The translations under genes and the position numbers were made by a program. The notes under the pieces were generated by a model. The model saw nothing but the letters and a program-made list of their open reading frames with translations, was not told the origin of the DNA and searched no databases. Of a stretch of 64,000 nt of DNA, positions 59,455 to 64,000 are shown piece by piece. Origin of the DNA: Stylophora pistillata (Eukaryota); NCBI RefSeq assembly GCF_002571385.2, contig NW_019217813.1, positions 795,499 through 859,498 on the forward strand, given 5' to 3'. Each line of letters opens with the position of its first letter. Position 1 is the first letter of the stretch.

Positions 59455-61154
59455 TAATGAAAATATTATCTTTGAAAACTAACATCAGTTAAATTCAGCC
59501 GCTTTCCGATATTGGAGGAGATGTTTGGTGTGTGAAACTTAAAAATGACCAGAAATTTCATTATCTTAGGCTGCTGTCTTCCATTTTTGTGCTTCTTAGA
59601 GGATCGTAGCCTTTGAATCCACAGAATTTTGAAAAAGAAAACAAAACTGAATTAAATCACCCTCAATGTGACGAAATAGAGAAGAATCCCAACAATCGCT
59701 TTAAGGTGCACTTTTTTCAGTCGCACGATTCAAGTTCTTGCATACGAGAGACAATAAATTTTCTCAACTTACATGCCTAATCATGCTTGTGTTTACAGTT
59801 CATCATGCGATAATCATGTGCTTCCAATACCGTGGTTTTTAAATCTAAAAGTTAAACTCAGAAGACTCGCGATTATAAATTGTGCAGAATGTGATCTTTT
59901 AGTTTGAACAGCAGTAAACATGTGAGAAGAGCAATCGTTTAACAGAAGACGCCGTACTTGTTCCGGCGTGTTTTTAGTCTGTTAATTCTTCCATATTTGT
60001 TGTTTTTGCTCGGGTGAAAGGGTTATTTGGCTGTTTTTCTGGTCGTTAATCCAAACAATCTATATTAAGCACCTTCACATAAAGAGACGCCAGAGACTCA
60101 AATATACACATATAAATTTTGTAAATTCAGAAATGGAGTGGACTGTCAACTCAACATCCGTTTTTTTCCGATCTTCTGGTATCGGTCGTCGGAAAGGCGG
60201 TCGGCGCTCGTCCATTTTGAGTCAACGTTGGTTTTTGCTTTCTCTTGTAGGGAAAGGGAAACAATTTAGGATCATTCCACGGCTAACATCTTGTGTAGAT
60301 TTCCCTCGGTGTCAGGAGATACTGTAAACTGCTAACTTAATTGATCAACTTATTCCCTAAAGCCATCAAACTAAACGTAAAATTTGCACGGACCCCTTTA
60401 CTTGCGGAAGTGACCAAAAGGTAGCTTATCCTGTAATCATTAAATAAACGTGACCCTTTTTTTATCCTACAATGGTGCGTTTCGTTGAAAAGAACTGATT
60501 GAGGTTTTGATGTCTTTCTCTTTAAAAACTCTACTTGCCGAAGGCTCGGCGAACATATTTGTTGCTTCTAGTTAAGGAATGAAGAAAAATAGTCGAAATC
60601 AGGGGTAGGTAATGCCACTTATGTTCACGAAGGCAGGTCTAAACCCAAGCAATAACGATGACATAATTGTGGGACAGGAGAAGAAAATTCCGTTTGCCAA
60701 AACTAGGATTCCATTCCTCAGTGATCCTCATTTTCCAGCAGTTTTTTCCCATCAAGTGACATTCGATCTATTTCATAAGCCCAGCTGTTTGAAACCGTTC
60801 TTAATCGACGTCAGTATGCTTGCCCTTCTTTGCTTTCATGAACATAAAGGACATCGAACAAGACAATAGAAAAATCAAGTTGAAGCTAAACACTTCACTT
60901 AAACGGAACCTCCAAAGAGGTCTTCCCATTGGTCGCCTTGGACACCGTTTACTTACCAAATGAATTGCATTTGCCGGGATTACATTATTTATAAATTATT
61001 CATCCATGCACTACAACGGTATGGAATTGATGACCAAGTACTGTTGCGAATTTGTTTTCAGAATACATCGATGACGCAGTTATGGACGTCTTGAGTTACC
61101 AAGAGCTGGAGTCTTTGAGATAGCAAAACGAAGCCCAGTGCTGGCCGAGAAGAA

Positions 61155-61556
61155 ATGCAATTCAGAGCATTGAAAGAACGGTATAGCAACTACAGCAAAT
61201 TATGGCTTCAGGCTTTGTTTATTTTGTCCTTACTAACTACAAGATCAGAGGCCGGTGAAATCACCATGGGGTTTAGTGTTGCGGCGAGTAATTCTGCCGC
61301 GGTGGCGCTTACATCATCAAAAGACTTCGCTTCTGCTTTTCTGCTGGCTGTCGAAGCAGTCAACAATGATTCATCATTGCTACCCGAGCATCAAGTAACC
61401 TACGTGAGGAACGATACTCAGTGCAACGATGATATTTCAATCAAGGCCATGCTGTATCAGCTGGAGAAAGGTGTTCACGTTATCATAGGACCTGGATGTA
61501 CCTGCGCGACGGAGGCGAAGTTGGCATCGGCCGCGAATGTCCCTATGATTTCGTAT
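61155..61556 (+). CDS. Exon 1 of a second receptor guanylyl cyclase / ANF-receptor-domain paralog (rGC-B); gene continues beyond the window
   Basis: Signal peptide (LWLQALFILSLLTTRSEA), FASAFLLAVEAVNN, NDTQC, VIIGPG..CATEAKLASAANVPMISY|gtaagt. Same motifs and same phase-0 ISY boundary as rGC-A exon 1. A cyclase domain is not visible in the window. Confidence 0.85.
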
Positions 61557-64000
61557 GTAAGTACACTAGAATGATGAAATATAGTTCCTAAGCTTGAAAT
61601 TGCTAACATAGTTGATATTCAACTTTGGCTCCAAACAGCTGCTGTCACCTGTGCTACCACCATAACGAAAGAGCTTCAACTGTCGATATGATCAATGTTT
61701 TTAGGAAAAATTTTGAGGTAGAATTTAACCCGGTAGAGAACTTCTCGTTCATGATATCCGGATTGCTCACAATCTCAAGTGCCAGATTTGACCACGGGGT
61801 AGAATTTTATTTGGGACAATCTTAACACAGCAACACCCTAACAATGAAATATTCTTCACCTTCTTGAGGGCTGTGACTCTTCTCACAATGAAGTAATGAA
61901 GTTTTATTTTTTTGCAATAACATACAGGATTACTTTTGTTTTCTTGACCGAATAGACGCCCAAGGGAGGTTGTAACGTAACCGCTGTTTTTAATTTGAAA
62001 AGTAGTTTTCTGGGAATATTGTTACTGACCGCAAGATCGCACAGAATACGGACAAACATACTTCATCAATTGTGTACACTTCATGCTTTGAGAAATTCTT
62101 TGTTATGAGGACAGCTTTTGGACGGTCTGTCCATTTACAACAAACGCTGCTCAAGCTTGTAATTTTCATGTATTTTTAAAGTACTTATTGCGCCTTTGTC
62201 CGGGCGTTAATGGCAGTAAATAGAGCACGAGAAATGAGCCACGGAGGTTGGTTTCAAAAGTGTAGACTTGTGTAAACAAACGTCAGCTCAGAATTCGACA
62301 AGAACCGTGACGAAGTTGTGTACGGATTGCAAACTTTGTTTTATATTTGCATTTTCTTAGCGACTTTAAGGCTTTCTGATTTTAAGAATAGTTTAATCTG
62401 GACTGTTAAGAGATCTTGGAAGGCGAAAACCTTGGAATGGTATTAATGAAACGTTGCAATAACAAAGCCTACAAACAGTAGGCTAATAAACGCATACATT
62501 TGGTAGATAAATCCTTTTCATTATCACCTTCATTATTTACCCGAAAGTTCGTCGCGATTTGGAAAACGTTTAGCGAAACATTAACCGCCGAAAAACCCCA
62601 ATCTACCGCCGACATCTTTCCTGAGTAGCAATTAATAAATAATACTATTTTGTTCTGATGTACTATATTTTCGCTTTTTAAGTTTCGACTAAATGTTTGG
62701 AATTCACACCAAACTGCCAAGGAAATTGTCTGCCTGAAAATACGTTTCGCTGATATTGCGATGACTTGGTAGTTTCAAATGCAGTTTTGTTTAGAAACCA
62801 GATATGAAAAATGTCCGCATATATGAAGACCATTATATTCTGTAGCACATTATATTCGGTAAAAGTCTGTTTTGATATCTATTCTACGTACCTATCTGTT
62901 TTCACCGTGTTCTACTTGTTGGCACGTCAAAATATCACTTATCTATATTAAAAACAGTATTCTGACAGGCACAACAACTGCTAGCCAAAAACAGAGTGAC
63001 AGAAATGAGAAATCCATTCTCCCCTGAGTTATACTTTTAAAAGCCATATCTTATATTACGCTACATCTATTAATTTTAGATAAAAAAATCTTAATTATTT
63101 GAGCGTCTTTTTTTCTCGTGCTACTGAGCACAAACTCTTGTTTTTTTTTTTTTTTCAGAATTGTTATTTGAATAAAAAGCCCCTCGTAAATGAAATTCGA
63201 TTAGTTCTCGATCGTCAAAGGTGAAACAATGCTATATTTTGGGCGAAAGAGTAAAGTTGAATTATCTTTGCCAGAAACACACATTGCAAAGAATTAGATT
63301 AACCACCAAGATTACTTTTGTGTTATTACCTAGAAACGGCTTGAAACGGGTAAAAAGATAAGAGCCACAAATTTCACAAATCTTAATTTCCGGAGCGATT
63401 TCTGATCAGAAAGAAATGGTACTATGACCTGGATCGACTGCTGTAGACTAGGTCATAATATTGCCTACAGATATCACAACACTGCTTTAAACTAACCAAA
63501 AAGTGAAAGAAAAAAAAAGAAACACACGGCAGTAAATAAGCTAAAAGATTTCAAAAACAGTTTCTGATCATCGAGAAAAATGAAGATTTTCCAACAGTTT
63601 CACAGATTGACGCTTTAATGATCATATTGATACCTAACATCCTTTTTATGCCACAACGCCGCTTTAAAGGCAACCTGCGAGGTGTCCATTTTACGGCTTT
63701 AAGATACTCGCAAAATTGACTGAAATAAAAATTGTCAATGTTCCCTCGTTGTCGATTTTCTTCAGATTCATTCTCAGCTATAGCTTGCTCTAGTTTGAGA
63801 AATATTTCATTTTTCCGTTAACAGCAATTTGCTTCACGTCTTAAACTTTCCATTTAATGACAAGAAACTGCGCAAAGTCGAATCAAATAGTTTTTGTAAT
63901 AATACGAAATAATTAATTTAAAGCTTGAATGCCAAACTGCAAGTGAGACGACTTAACTTTGTGTAATGTGTCCTAAACGTCAAAAATCGTTTCCAAAGCG

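Noticed and set aside
63158-63220. Poly-T-cag followed by NCYLNKKPLV... as exon 2 of rGC-B
   Set aside because: Lacks the expected SDK..YPTFART motif of the second exon

Overview
Animal genomic DNA. Gene content, intron density and repeat types point to a cnidarian, most likely a stony coral (inference). Three N-gaps: 5228-5300, 28173-28450 and 42891-43479. Four protein-coding loci: (1) a complete 6-exon netrin on the minus strand (14994->2009, about 580 aa by hand splicing); (2) an intronless class A peptide-type GPCR on the plus strand (26207-27268); (3) a receptor (membrane) guanylyl cyclase on the minus strand (50974->30408), with 21 traceable exons and one transmembrane exon that is not visible and probably lies in the 42.9-43.5 kb gap; (4) exon 1 of a second, divergently transcribed receptor guanylyl cyclase paralog (61155-61556) that continues beyond the window. 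Non-coding space is rich in MITEs, tRNA-derived SINEs (including Nin/Deu-domain-like pieces), LINE 3' ends, Crypton-like relics and Penelope-type repeats. Most notable: candidate hammerhead ribozymes (18881-18922 with an intact core; 56191-56224 with one core substitution), the head-to-head cyclase pair, a netrin splice donor triplicated by a 50-bp tandem repeat, a 464-bp foldback element with a 7-bp TSD in the last netrin intron, and repeats that form splice sites of the cyclase gene. No clearly new multi-gene system is demonstrable from the sequence alone. All exon coordinates were derived by hand from GT-AG sites and reading-frame continuity.
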